Below, one piece after another: positions 22,776 through 31,801 of a stretch of 64,000 nucleotides of DNA. The stretch's first letter is position 1; each line of letters opens with the position of its first letter. The position numbers and the translations under genes are program-made. Location: NCBI GenBank assembly GCA_963811605.1, contig CAWESA010000010.1, positions 1,165,066-1,229,065 of the forward strand. Direction: 5' to 3'. Origin of the DNA: an uncultured delta proteobacterium (lineage in GTDB: Bacteria > Desulfobacterota > Binatia > DP-6). Under the pieces are notes generated by a model. It was given only the letters and a program-made list of their open reading frames with translations. It searched no databases and was not told where the DNA came from.

Positions 22776-23878
22776 CGCCTGCCGTGCAGGGGGCGCTGCT
22801 CGCGCTCGACGTCCGCCGCCTCGACACCGTGCACGGCCGCTTCCGCGCCCATCGCTTCCACAATCTGACCACGGGGCAGCCGTCGCTCGCCATCGCGATC
22901 GGGCGGCTCGGGGGACGCGCCCCGGTGCTGGCTCGCATCCACTCCTCGTGCGTCACCAGCGAGGTCTACGGGGCCTGCGACTGCGACTGCGCCGAGCAGC
23001 TCGATGCCGCGCTCGCCGCCATCGCCCGCGCCGGTCGTGGCGTGCTCTTCTACCTGACCCAGGAAGGGCGCGGAGCGGGCTTCGCCGCCAAGGCGCGCGA
23101 CCGCATGCTGGTGCAGGCCAGCCGGCATCGGCTCACCACCTTCGACGCCTATCAGCGGCTCGGGCTCGGGCACGATCAACGCCGCTACGACGAGGTTGCC
23201 GTCGCGTGCCGGCTGCTCGGCATCGCCGCGCCGCTTCGCGTGCTCACCAACAATCCCGAGAAGCTGGACGCGCTGCGGATAGCCGGCGTCGCCGTCGCGG
23301 GCCACCTTCCCGTGGCCGTCGGTGCCTCACCCTTCAGCGCCCACTACCTCACCGCCAAGTCGCGCTCGGGGCACCTCCTGGCGCCCGGACGCAGCACGCT
23401 GGCGGTCCTTCCCGAGCGCGTCGCGCGGCTACGGCCGCGCCGGGTGCGGGGGGCTCCCCGCTTCGTCGAGCTGGCCTCCTACCTGCTCCCGCTCCGGACA
23501 CCGGCGCCCGCCTGGTTCCGCCTCCATCTCTACCTCGACGCCGTCACGCGCGAGGAGCGCGTGGTGCTGACGCACGGCATGGGACGCCGCCTCCGCCGCC
23601 CGCCGCTCGTGCACGTGCAGCAAGACGTGCTGCTGGAGCGCTTCCCGCTCCGTCGCCCCCACCGGGCGCGATCGTGGCCACGCGCACGCGCCGCCATCGT
23701 CCGGCACGGCGCGGGATGCGTCCTCTTCCTGCCCGACGGCGAGACCCTCGAACCGGTCGCCGGCCGGCTGCTGGCGCAGCACCTTCCCGGGCGCCGCGCG
23801 GCGTGGGCGGGCGTGGCGGGCGATGCGATGGTCCCGGCGCTCACGCGCGCCGGGATACGGTTCGAGCCCTCGGCATGA
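22772..23878 (+). CDS. GTP cyclohydrolase II paralog with degenerate C-terminal duplicate half-domain
   Basis: GTG overlapping the upstream stop (GTGA). RibA zinc motif RIHSSCVTSEVYGACDCDCAEQL; GRGAGF...LTNNPEKL...SPFSAHYLTAKSRSGHLL match the GCH II core. Residues ~205-368 repeat the N-half pattern without the Cys ligands. Confidence 0.75.
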   Translation: MTPAVQGALLALDVRRLDTVHGRFRAHRFHNLTTGQPSLAIAIGRLGGRAPVLARIHSSCVTSEVYGACDCDCAEQLDAALAAIARAGRGVLFYLTQEGRGAGFAAKARDRMLVQASRHRLTTFDAYQRLGLGHDQRRYDEVAVACRLLGIAAPLRVLTNNPEKLDALRIAGVAVAGHLPVAVGASPFSAHYLTAKSRSGHLLAPGRSTLAVLPERVARLRPRRVRGAPRFVELASYLLPLRTPAPAWFRLHLYLDAVTREERVVLTHGMGRRLRRPPLVHVQQDVLLERFPLRRPHRARSWPRARAAIVRHGAGCVLFLPDGETLEPVAGRLLAQHLPGRRAAWAGVAGDAMVPALTRAGIRFEPSA

Positions 23879-25659
23879 CCCCGGCCGACTGGCGCGAGGG
23901 GCATCGCAGCCTCGCCCTGCGCGTCGCCGCGCTTCCTGCGCTCGCCGCGCGCGCCGCCGCCGAGGTCCTCGACCCTCCGGACCTCCCCGCGTCCGTCGGG
24001 CGCCTGGTCACCACGGGCATCGGCAGCTCCGAGTCGCACGCCCGCGTGCTCGCCGCGCTCGTCGCCGAGCACACGTCCCGGCCCGCACGCTTCGCGCCGG
24101 CCAGCGCCCTGCTCGCGTCCGCCGCGACGCGCACCGCCGACACGCTGGTGGTGTTCTCGCAAGGACTGGCGCCGAACGCGCAGCTCGTCCTCGCCCACGC
24201 GCAGCGCTGGCGTCACGTGATCCTGGCGACCGCGGTCACCGACGCCGCACGCCTCGCACCGCTGCGCGCCCGCGGCGTGCTCCCGGTGCGGTTCGCCGGC
24301 GAGGACGAGTACGAGACGCTGGTGCGCGTCACGGGACCGATCACCGGCCTGCTGTGCGCGCTGCGACTCGCGCGTGCGCTCGGCGTCGCCATCGATGTCC
24401 CCGCCACGCTCGAGGTCGCCCTGGCGCAGGCGTCTGCCGCCACCGCCGGGGTGACGCCGGCCCTGCTCGCGGCGCCGCTCGCGCTGATCGCGTCGGGAAC
24501 CTACGGGGAGCTCCTGACCAACCTGCGTTTCAAGGTGCTCGAGGGGATGCTGCGCCCGCTGCCGCCGGTGTGGGACGTGCTCACGCTCGCCCACGGCCCG
24601 TTCCAGCAGGCGGCCACCGGGGCGGCCACGTTCCTCGCGCTCACCCGTCCGGACGCCCCGGACGACGAGCCCCTCCTCCAGCGCTTCGAGGCCATGCTCG
24701 ATCCGCCCCGCCAGGCGCTGGTCCGGCTGCGCGCGACGCTGCCGTCGCCCTTCGCGTTGCTGGAGCACGAGATGCAGCTCAACGCCCTGCTCCTGGGCGA
24801 GGTCGAGGCGCGTGGCGTCGATCAGGTGCGCTGGCCCGGGCGCGGCGCCGACGCGCCGCTGTACCAGCTCGCCGCACCGCCGATCGAGCGCCGGCTGGAC
24901 GACTGCACGTGGCGCGACATCGAGGGGCTGGTGACGCGCGGGTGTCGCACGGCCGTCCTGCCGCTCGGCTCCACCGAGCAGCATGGCCCGCACCTGCCGC
25001 TCGGCACCGACACCCGCATCGGCGACGCGCTCGCCGAGCGCCTGTGCGCGGCCGTCGGCGACGCGATCGCCTGCCCCGCCCTGCCCGTCGGCTGCGCCGG
25101 CGAGCATCTCGCGTTTCCGGGCACCCTGCACCTCGAGCCGTCCACCCTCGCGGGCGTCCTCCGCGACACCATTCGCGCGCTCGGGCGGCACGGCATCACG
25201 CGCGTCTTCGTGTTCTCCGCCCATGGCGGCAACGTCGCGCCGCTGCGCGCGATGCTGCCCGGGCTGCAGGCGGACTGCGCCCCGGTGGCGGTGGCGGCAT
25301 TCCTCGAGCTCGACGGCCTGATGGCCGCGCTGCAGGCCGTCGGCGCGGCCGCGGGCGTTCCCGCGGCGGAGGCCGGACACCACGCGGGCGAGGTGGAGAC
25401 GTCGATCGTGCTCGCGCTCGACGCGACGCGCGTGCGGTCGGGCGCGCTGGCGCCGGGCCTGGTGATCGACACCGACGACCCGCAGTCGCTGTTCTACCCC
25501 GACCTGCGCGCCAACGCGGCGGAGGGCGTGGTGGGCGACCCGCGACGCGCCGAGACGGCGCGCGGGCTGCGCTACCTGCGCGTCTGGGTCGAGCTGCTGG
25601 CCGCGGCGTATCGCGGCGAGAAGAACAGCATCCAGACCACCGGCACCCAGAACGCGTAG
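23875..25659 (+). CDS. fusion protein: SIS-like phosphosugar-binding N-domain + creatininase-fold amidohydrolase C-domain
   Basis: ATG overlapping the upstream stop (ATGA). N-half LVTTGIGSSESHARVLAAL...TLVVFSQGLAPNAQLVLAHA is SIS-like. C-half VLPLGSTEQHGPHLPLGTDTRIGDA...VFSAHGGN...HAGEVETS matches the creatininase/ArfB-type metal-amidohydrolase fold. Confidence 0.7.
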   Translation: MTPADWREGHRSLALRVAALPALAARAAAEVLDPPDLPASVGRLVTTGIGSSESHARVLAALVAEHTSRPARFAPASALLASAATRTADTLVVFSQGLAPNAQLVLAHAQRWRHVILATAVTDAARLAPLRARGVLPVRFAGEDEYETLVRVTGPITGLLCALRLARALGVAIDVPATLEVALAQASAATAGVTPALLAAPLALIASGTYGELLTNLRFKVLEGMLRPLPPVWDVLTLAHGPFQQAATGAATFLALTRPDAPDDEPLLQRFEAMLDPPRQALVRLRATLPSPFALLEHEMQLNALLLGEVEARGVDQVRWPGRGADAPLYQLAAPPIERRLDDCTWRDIEGLVTRGCRTAVLPLGSTEQHGPHLPLGTDTRIGDALAERLCAAVGDAIACPALPVGCAGEHLAFPGTLHLEPSTLAGVLRDTIRALGRHGITRVFVFSAHGGNVAPLRAMLPGLQADCAPVAVAAFLELDGLMAALQAVGAAAGVPAAEAGHHAGEVETSIVLALDATRVRSGALAPGLVIDTDDPQSLFYPDLRANAAEGVVGDPRRAETARGLRYLRVWVELLAAAYRGEKNSIQTTGTQNA

Positions 25660-26270
25660 TAGAGCTGGTTCGGCACCACGCGCAGGCCCCAGCCGACGTC
25701 GAGGCCCGCCACGATGAGGACGTCGGCGAGCGCCCACAGCGCGTAGTAGATCGCGACGTACGCCAGCACGGCGCGCAGGAACCGTTCGGCGCGGGGGCGG
25801 CGCGCAGGCACCAGGTGCGTCCGCCACCAGAGCGCGAGCAGGGCGAATGCGGTCTCGTAGATCAGCCACAGGCTCTGATCCGGCAGCGGACCGGCGACCG
25901 CCCGGGCCAGACGATGGAGCGTCACCGCCACCGCCGGGACGAGGACCGTCCATGCCGCCGCACGCACGAACGTGCCCGCCAGCGGCCGCTCCGGCTCCAT
26001 CACGCCGAGGACGAGGAGGAAGACGCGGAAGTCGCCGAGCAGGACGAACGGGATCATCGTCATTCCCCCCGGCCCCGTCGCCACCGGGTCGACGATGGTC
26101 TCGAGCGCGAACGCCGCCGCCCAGGCGCGCACGAACATGGCCGCCCGCGGCTCCGCGCCCGGCGCGCGCGGCCGCAGCCAGGGCAGCGCGAGCAGGAAGA
26201 GCGCCGGAAGGGCGACCAGGCCCCACAGCCCCTGCAGGTCGCTCTGGTAGAACGCTTGCCACGGTCCCAC
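25572..26270 (-). CDS. hypothetical 7-TM membrane protein
   Basis: GTG start 1 nt after the cdaA-fusion stop. Seven hydrophobic helices (LWGLVALPALFLLALPWL ... LYYAFWVPVVWMLFF). The 3' end overlaps the convergent SIS-creatininase gene by 88 nt. Confidence 0.5.
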   Translation of the reverse strand: MGPWQAFYQSDLQGLWGLVALPALFLLALPWLRPRAPGAEPRAAMFVRAWAAAFALETIVDPVATGPGGMTMIPFVLLGDFRVFLLVLGVMEPERPLAGTFVRAAAWTVLVPAVAVTLHRLARAVAGPLPDQSLWLIYETAFALLALWWRTHLVPARRPRAERFLRAVLAYVAIYYALWALADVLIVAGLDVGWGLRVVPNQLYYAFWVPVVWMLFFSPRYAAASSSTQTRR

Positions 26271-26271
26271 G

Positions 26272-27471
26272 TCAGGATTCCGGCGCCGCCGGCTGCTGTT
26301 CGGGGAGCGGCGCGGCCTGATGGACCGAGATCTTCACCTCGTCGGGGTCGATGTCCTCGAGCGTGAGCGACTTGGGATAGCGCAGATCTCGCCCGAGAAC
26401 CTGGAAGGTGCGGCGGCCCTGCGACGCCATGCTGGCGTCGACCGTGATGCGCAGGAAGCGCGGCGCGAAGAGGTAGAACTCGCGCCGGAGACCGGAGAGG
26501 GTGACGTCGATCTTGGCGGGCTTGATCTCGTCGAGGACCATGCCGGGCGGCAGGTTCGAGAGCTCGACCGGCACGGGGAAGGTGCGCTCGAGCGGGCGCG
26601 ATCCGGGCACGGCCGCCATCCACAGCGCCGACACGAAGACCAGCGATGCGATCTTCTCCACCCAGTGCTCGCGCAGGAGCTGCCGCCAGAACGACGGCCG
26701 CTCGCCGTCGCCCGGCCGCGTCTCGCGCAGGAAGAGCTCGATCTCCGCCGCCAGCTGGCCCGGGTCGGCCATGCGCCGGAGCCGGCCGTTGCGGGCCACC
26801 GAGATCACGCCGCGCTCCTCCGACACGACCAGGCTGAGTGCGTCGGTCAGCTCGGCGAGTCCCAGCGCGGCGCCGTGCCGGGTCCCCACACCCGCCAGGG
26901 CCTGGAAATTGGTCGACAGCGGCAGGTGCGCGGAGAAGCGGGTCACGCGGTCGCCCTCCAGGATGATGGCGCCGTCATGCCCCGGCGAATGGGGATCGAA
27001 CAGGCTCTCGAGCAGCGGCACGCTCACGACGGCGTCCAGCGGCACCCCGCCGCGCACGTGGCGCGCGACCGGCTGCAGTCCCGGCAGGACGACGAGCGCG
27101 CCGCGCCGCTGGCGCGCGAGATTGGACAGCGACTCGACCAGGATGTCGGCCGGCAGCGAGCGCGGGGGCTGCCGGCGGCGGCCGCGCACGCTCCACACCC
27201 CGAGGCGCTCGAAGAGCTGGCGCAGCTCCTCCTGGAACAGCACCACGATGAGCACGACCGAGATGGCGAAGAAGCTGCGGAAGATGGCGGTCGTCAGCTG
27301 GAGGTCGAGGGCCTCGGCGAGCACGTACAGACCGGCCAGGATGAACAGCCCGATGGCGACGAACCCGGCCTGCGTTCGCCGGATCCAGACCACGGCCGTG
27401 TAGACCAGGGCCGCGACCAGCAGGATGTCGACGACATCCGCCAGCTCGATCACGTCCACCGGGTTCTGCAT
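26272..27471 (-). CDS. cdaA: diadenylate cyclase CdaA fused to a YbbR(CdaR)-like C-terminal domain
   Basis: Three N-terminal TM helices, then DAC domain motifs [16 protein letters not shown] and [34 protein letters not shown]. The C-terminal ~150 aa ([31 protein letters not shown]...) is YbbR-like. Confidence 0.75.
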   Translation of the reverse strand: MQNPVDVIELADVVDILLVAALVYTAVVWIRRTQAGFVAIGLFILAGLYVLAEALDLQLTTAIFRSFFAISVVLIVVLFQEELRQLFERLGVWSVRGRRRQPPRSLPADILVESLSNLARQRRGALVVLPGLQPVARHVRGGVPLDAVVSVPLLESLFDPHSPGHDGAIILEGDRVTRFSAHLPLSTNFQALAGVGTRHGAALGLAELTDALSLVVSEERGVISVARNGRLRRMADPGQLAAEIELFLRETRPGDGERPSFWRQLLREHWVEKIASLVFVSALWMAAVPGSRPLERTFPVPVELSNLPPGMVLDEIKPAKIDVTLSGLRREFYLFAPRFLRITVDASMASQGRRTFQVLGRDLRYPKSLTLEDIDPDEVKISVHQAAPLPEQQPAAPES

Positions 27472-27502
27472 CCGCGTCGCGACCTACTGGGGCGAGCGGG
27501 CG

Positions 27503-29494
27503 ATGGCAAGCCATCCCGGCCCGGAGCACGGGAATCACGCCTCGGCAGGAAGGGGACGCCCTGCTACAAGCCTGCTCGTGCCCGGCGACCGCACCCTCCT
27601 GACCGACCAGGACCTCTACCTCTTCAACGAGGGCACGCATCTTCGCCTGTGGGAGAAGCTCGGCGCACACCTGGTCGAGGGCGGCGTCCACTTCGCGGTC
27701 TGGGCGCCGAACGCCGACGCGGTCGCGGTGATCGGCGACTGGAACGACTGGGACCCCGCCCGCAACCCGCTCCGCTCGCGCGGCGCGTCCGGCATCTGGG
27801 AAGGCCTGGTGCCCGGCATCGGCCGCGGCGAGCGCTACAAGTATCGCGTCACCTCGCGCTACCGCTCCTATCGCGTGGACAAGGCCGACCCCTGCGGCTT
27901 CCTGCACGAGGCGCCGCCGCAGACCGCGTCGCGCGTCTGGTCCCTGGACTATTCCTGGGGCGACGGCGTCTGGATGCGGCAGCGGGGCGAGCGCCGCGCC
28001 CACGAGGCGCCCATGGCCATCTACGAGGTCCATCTCGGCTCGTGGCGCCGCAGCCCGGAGACACCGGACCAGCCGCTCGGCTACCGCGACCTGGCGCGGC
28101 CGCTGGCGGAGTACGCCCGCGACCTGGGGTTCACCCACGTCGAGCTCCTGCCCATCACGGAGCACCCGTTCTACGGCTCGTGGGGATACCAGATCACCGG
28201 CTACTACGCGCCGACGAGCCGCTACGGCACGCCCCAGGATCTGATGTTCCTGATCGACACGCTGCACCAGCACGAGGTCGGCGTCATCCTCGACTGGGTG
28301 CCCTCACACTTCCCCACCGACGCACACGGTCTCGGCTACTTCGACGGCACGCACCTCTACGAGCACGGCGATCCGCGCCAGGGCTTTCATCCCGACTGGG
28401 AGAGCTTCATCTTCAACTACGGTCGCAACGAGGTGCGGAGCTTCCTCACCTCCAACGCGCTGTTCTGGCTCGAGCACTACCACGTCGACGGCCTGCGCGT
28501 GGACGCGGTGGCGTCGATGCTCTACCTCGACTACTCGCGCCGCGCGGGCGAATGGGTCCCGAACCGCTTCGGCGGGCGCGAGAACCTCGACGCGATCGAC
28601 TTCCTGCGCTCCACCAACGAGCACGTCTACGCCTACCACCCGGGCGTGCAGACGACGGCGGAGGAATCCACCGCCTGGCCTTCGGTGTCGCGGCCGCTCT
28701 ACCTGGGCGGGCTCGGCTTCGGCTTCAAGTGGGACATGGGATGGATGCACGACACGCTGGACTATCTCAGACACGATCCCGTGCACCGGAAGTTCCATCA
28801 CACGGCGCTCACGTTCCGCGGTCTGTACGCCGCGTCGGAGAACTTCGTGCTGCCGCTGTCGCACGACGAGGTCGTGCACGGCAAGGGCTCGCTCCTCGGG
28901 AAGATGGCGGGCGACGACTGGCAGCGGTTCGCCAACCTGCGCCTGCTGCTCGGCTACATGTGGACGCTCACCGGCAAGAAGCTGCTCTTCATGGGTGGCG
29001 AGCTGGCGCAGGAGCGCGAGTGGAACCACGACACCAGCCTCGACTGGCACCTGCTGCACGATCGCGCGCACGCCGGCATCCAGCGCTGGGTGCGCGACCT
29101 GAACGCGGCCTACCGGACGCTCCCGGCGCTGCACGAGCTCGATTGCCACCCCGACGGCTTCTCGTGGATCGACTGCAGCGACGCGGAGCAGAGCACGCTG
29201 GTCTACCTGCGTCGCGGCCGGACGCCGGACGACCTGGTCGTCGTGTCGTGCAACTTCACCCCCGTGCCGCGTCACGGCTTCCGCGTCGGCGTGCCCGTGG
29301 CCGGCTGGTGGCGAGAGGCCCTCAACAGCGACGCCGAGGCGTACGGCGGCAGCGGCCAGGGCAACTTCGGCGGCCTCGCGAGCGCGCCGGTGGCGTGGCA
29401 CGGCCAGCCCCAGTCGCTCGTGATCACCCTGCCGCCGCTCGGGCTGGTGGTGCTGACGGCGCCAGCCGGCACGTCCGTCGGATCCGAGCGGTGA
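27503..29494 (+). CDS. glgB: 1,4-alpha-glucan branching enzyme
   Basis: [44 protein letters not shown] and [12 protein letters not shown] are GH13 GlgB signatures. The start is uncertain (ATG 27503 chosen; 27425 would overlap the divergent cdaA). Confidence 0.8.
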   Translation: MASHPGPEHGNHASAGRGRPATSLLVPGDRTLLTDQDLYLFNEGTHLRLWEKLGAHLVEGGVHFAVWAPNADAVAVIGDWNDWDPARNPLRSRGASGIWEGLVPGIGRGERYKYRVTSRYRSYRVDKADPCGFLHEAPPQTASRVWSLDYSWGDGVWMRQRGERRAHEAPMAIYEVHLGSWRRSPETPDQPLGYRDLARPLAEYARDLGFTHVELLPITEHPFYGSWGYQITGYYAPTSRYGTPQDLMFLIDTLHQHEVGVILDWVPSHFPTDAHGLGYFDGTHLYEHGDPRQGFHPDWESFIFNYGRNEVRSFLTSNALFWLEHYHVDGLRVDAVASMLYLDYSRRAGEWVPNRFGGRENLDAIDFLRSTNEHVYAYHPGVQTTAEESTAWPSVSRPLYLGGLGFGFKWDMGWMHDTLDYLRHDPVHRKFHHTALTFRGLYAASENFVLPLSHDEVVHGKGSLLGKMAGDDWQRFANLRLLLGYMWTLTGKKLLFMGGELAQEREWNHDTSLDWHLLHDRAHAGIQRWVRDLNAAYRTLPALHELDCHPDGFSWIDCSDAEQSTLVYLRRGRTPDDLVVVSCNFTPVPRHGFRVGVPVAGWWREALNSDAEAYGGSGQGNFGGLASAPVAWHGQPQSLVITLPPLGLVVLTAPAGTSVGSER

Positions 29495-30462
29495 GCACGC
29501 CCGCACCCCCGGGGCCGAACCCGTCGCCGGCCATCGTCCAGACCGACCGGCTCACGCGCCGCTTCGGCGACGTCGAGGCCGTCACCGACCTCTCGCTCGC
29601 GATCACGCGAGGCCAGATCTTCGGATTCCTCGGGCCCAACGGCGCGGGAAAGACGACCACCATCAAGATGCTCTGCGGGCTGGTGACGCCGACCCGGGGG
29701 AGCGCGACGGTGGCGGGACACGACATCCTGCGCGAGCGCGACGCGATCAAGCGCGAGACCGGCTACATGGCGCAGACCTTCTCCCTCTATCCGGACCTCA
29801 CCGTCGAGGAGAACTTCCGCTTCTTCGCGGGCGCATACGGCGTGTACGGGGCCGCCGCCACGCGGCGCATGGACACCCTCTTCGCGGAGATCGAGCTGGC
29901 GGACCTGCGCGACGTGCAGGCCGGGCGCCTGTCGGGCGGCATGAAGCAGCGGCTCGCGCTCGCGTGCGCCCTCGTGCACGACCCGGAGCTCGTCTTCCTC
30001 GACGAGCCGACGGCCGGCGTCGACCCGGCCAACCGCCAGCGTCTGTGGGACTTCCTCTACGCGCTCGCCGAGGGCGGCACGTCGCTCTTCGTCACCACGC
30101 ACTACCTCGACGAAGCCGAACGCTGCCATGCCGTCGGCTTCATGCTGGACGGACGCCTGATCGGCCACGGCGACCCCCGCGTGCTGCGCGAGCAGCTGCG
30201 CGATCGCATCGTCGGGGTCGAGGTCCGTCGCGGCGTCGAGGCGATGCGCGCGCTGCGCGGCGTGCCGGGCGTGGAGGCCGTCACCATTCACGGCAACGAG
30301 CTGCGCGTGTGCTTCGACCGGCGGATCGACTGGCACGCGTCGGAGGCGTCGCTGCGCGAGATGGCGACCCGCGCCGGCGTGCCGCTCGACCGCGTGTATC
30401 CGCTCGATCCCACCCTCGAGGACCTCTTCCTCGCCTACGAGCGCCACGGGACGATGACGTGA
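29491..30462 (+). CDS. ABC transporter ATP-binding protein (ABC-2 exporter type)
   Basis: GTG overlapping the glgB stop (GTGA). Walker [10 protein letters not shown], signature [12 protein letters not shown], Walker [13 protein letters not shown]. Confidence 0.8.
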   Translation: MSTPAPPGPNPSPAIVQTDRLTRRFGDVEAVTDLSLAITRGQIFGFLGPNGAGKTTTIKMLCGLVTPTRGSATVAGHDILRERDAIKRETGYMAQTFSLYPDLTVEENFRFFAGAYGVYGAAATRRMDTLFAEIELADLRDVQAGRLSGGMKQRLALACALVHDPELVFLDEPTAGVDPANRQRLWDFLYALAEGGTSLFVTTHYLDEAERCHAVGFMLDGRLIGHGDPRVLREQLRDRIVGVEVRRGVEAMRALRGVPGVEAVTIHGNELRVCFDRRIDWHASEASLREMATRAGVPLDRVYPLDPTLEDLFLAYERHGTMT

Positions 30463-31628
30463 TGTGGAACATCTACCACCTGGCGCTGAAGGAGTTCCTG
30501 CACCTGGTGCGGGACCGGCGCACCCTCGCCTTCCTGATCCTCATCCCGTCGGTGCTGACGGTCATCTTCGGCTACGCCATCGGCAACCCGCGCGTCACCG
30601 GCATCCGGACGCGGGTGCTCGACCTCGACGGCGGGCGAATCGCCTACGAGTTCGTCGAGGCGATCGGCGAGAGCAGCACGTTCAAGGCCGACGTGCGCGA
30701 GAACGCGACCGACGCCGACGTCGCGCAGGCGGACGAGGACCTGCTGCACGATCGCATCAACGCCTACGTCGTGCTGCCGAAGGGACTGAGCGCGGCGCTC
30801 GACGACGGCAGGCCCGCCACGGTCCGGCTGGTGGTGGACGGCTCCGACACCTTCATGGCGCCCTCGGCGATGGGGGAGCTGGCCAAGACCACCGTGCAGC
30901 AGAACACCTTCGTGATCGCCAACCAGCTCCAGCGCGCCGGCAAGGTACGCACCGTCGAGGACGGCCTCCAGGCCGCGGCGCCGATCGAGCTCAGCACGGA
31001 GTACCGCTTCAATCCCGACCTGAAGAGCCAGAACTTCGTCATGCCGGGCGTGATCGGGCTCATCCTCCAGCTCCTCGCGGTCATCGTGATGGCGACGTCG
31101 ATCGCCCGCGAGCGCGAACGCGGCACGCTGGAGCAGCTCGCCGTCACGCCGCTGGCACCCGCCGAGATCTTCGTCGGCAAGCTCATCCCCTATTTCGTGC
31201 TCGCCGTGCTCGACACGGTGAACGCCATGATCCTCGCCCGCCTCCTCTTCGGCGTGTCGCTGGCGGGACACTATCCGGTGGTGATCACGCTTCTCGTCGT
31301 GTTCATCCTGGGCTCGCTCGGCATCGGGCAGCTCATCTCCACGGTGTCGAAGAACCAGGGCCAGGCGGTGCTGCTGGCGGTGTTCTACATCATGCCCGCC
31401 TTCGTCCTGTCGGGCGCCTTCACCCCGGTCGAGACGCAGCCCGAGCAGGTGCGTCCGGTCTCGCTCCTGTTCCCGCTCACGTACTTCTGCCGCGGCTTTC
31501 GCGCCGCCCTGCTGCGCCAGTCGTCGTTCGCGGACGTCGCGGTCGACCTCCTGGCGCTGAGCGCGTTCGTGGTCCTGACGTTCGGCGCCTCGGTGCTGCT
31601 GCTGCGCATGCGCCCCGACGTGCGCTGA
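30462..31628 (+). CDS. ABC-2 family transporter permease
   Basis: TGATG overlap with the ATPase gene. [32 protein letters not shown]... plus six TM helices is typical of ABC-2 permeases. Confidence 0.75.
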   Translation: MWNIYHLALKEFLHLVRDRRTLAFLILIPSVLTVIFGYAIGNPRVTGIRTRVLDLDGGRIAYEFVEAIGESSTFKADVRENATDADVAQADEDLLHDRINAYVVLPKGLSAALDDGRPATVRLVVDGSDTFMAPSAMGELAKTTVQQNTFVIANQLQRAGKVRTVEDGLQAAAPIELSTEYRFNPDLKSQNFVMPGVIGLILQLLAVIVMATSIARERERGTLEQLAVTPLAPAEIFVGKLIPYFVLAVLDTVNAMILARLLFGVSLAGHYPVVITLLVVFILGSLGIGQLISTVSKNQGQAVLLAVFYIMPAFVLSGAFTPVETQPEQVRPVSLLFPLTYFCRGFRAALLRQSSFADVAVDLLALSAFVVLTFGASVLLLRMRPDVR

Positions 31629-31801
31629 GAGGCGCCCAGGGCAAGGGCCGGCCGGCGTACCCCCGGTCGAGGGTGCCGTCGCACGCGACGCCGGGTCGCA
31701 AGGAGGTGTCGATTGCCAGCAGGCGCCGCGTGAGTCACTGTGGGCGAACATCGAGCAGCGCCGGTGCCCGCCCGGGCGGCGGGTGCCGCAGGAGGAGGAG
31801 G

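Noticed and set aside
22772-23878. Calling the GCH II homologue simply ribA
   Set aside because: Several features argue for a paralog with a different role. There is no fused or adjacent ribB, ribD, ribH or ribE. The catalytic Tyr is apparently substituted. It carries a degenerate duplicate half-domain. It is coupled to a cytochrome c and a creatininase-fold protein.
23530-26262. 910-aa minus-strand ORF
   Set aside because: Antisense to the GCH-II paralog and SIS-creatininase genes. Low-complexity RRG/RAR-rich.
26320-29490. Upstream portion of the 1380-aa plus ORF 26320..30462
   Set aside because: Out of frame with or antisense to cdaA and glgB. Only the last 323 codons (ABC ATPase) are real.
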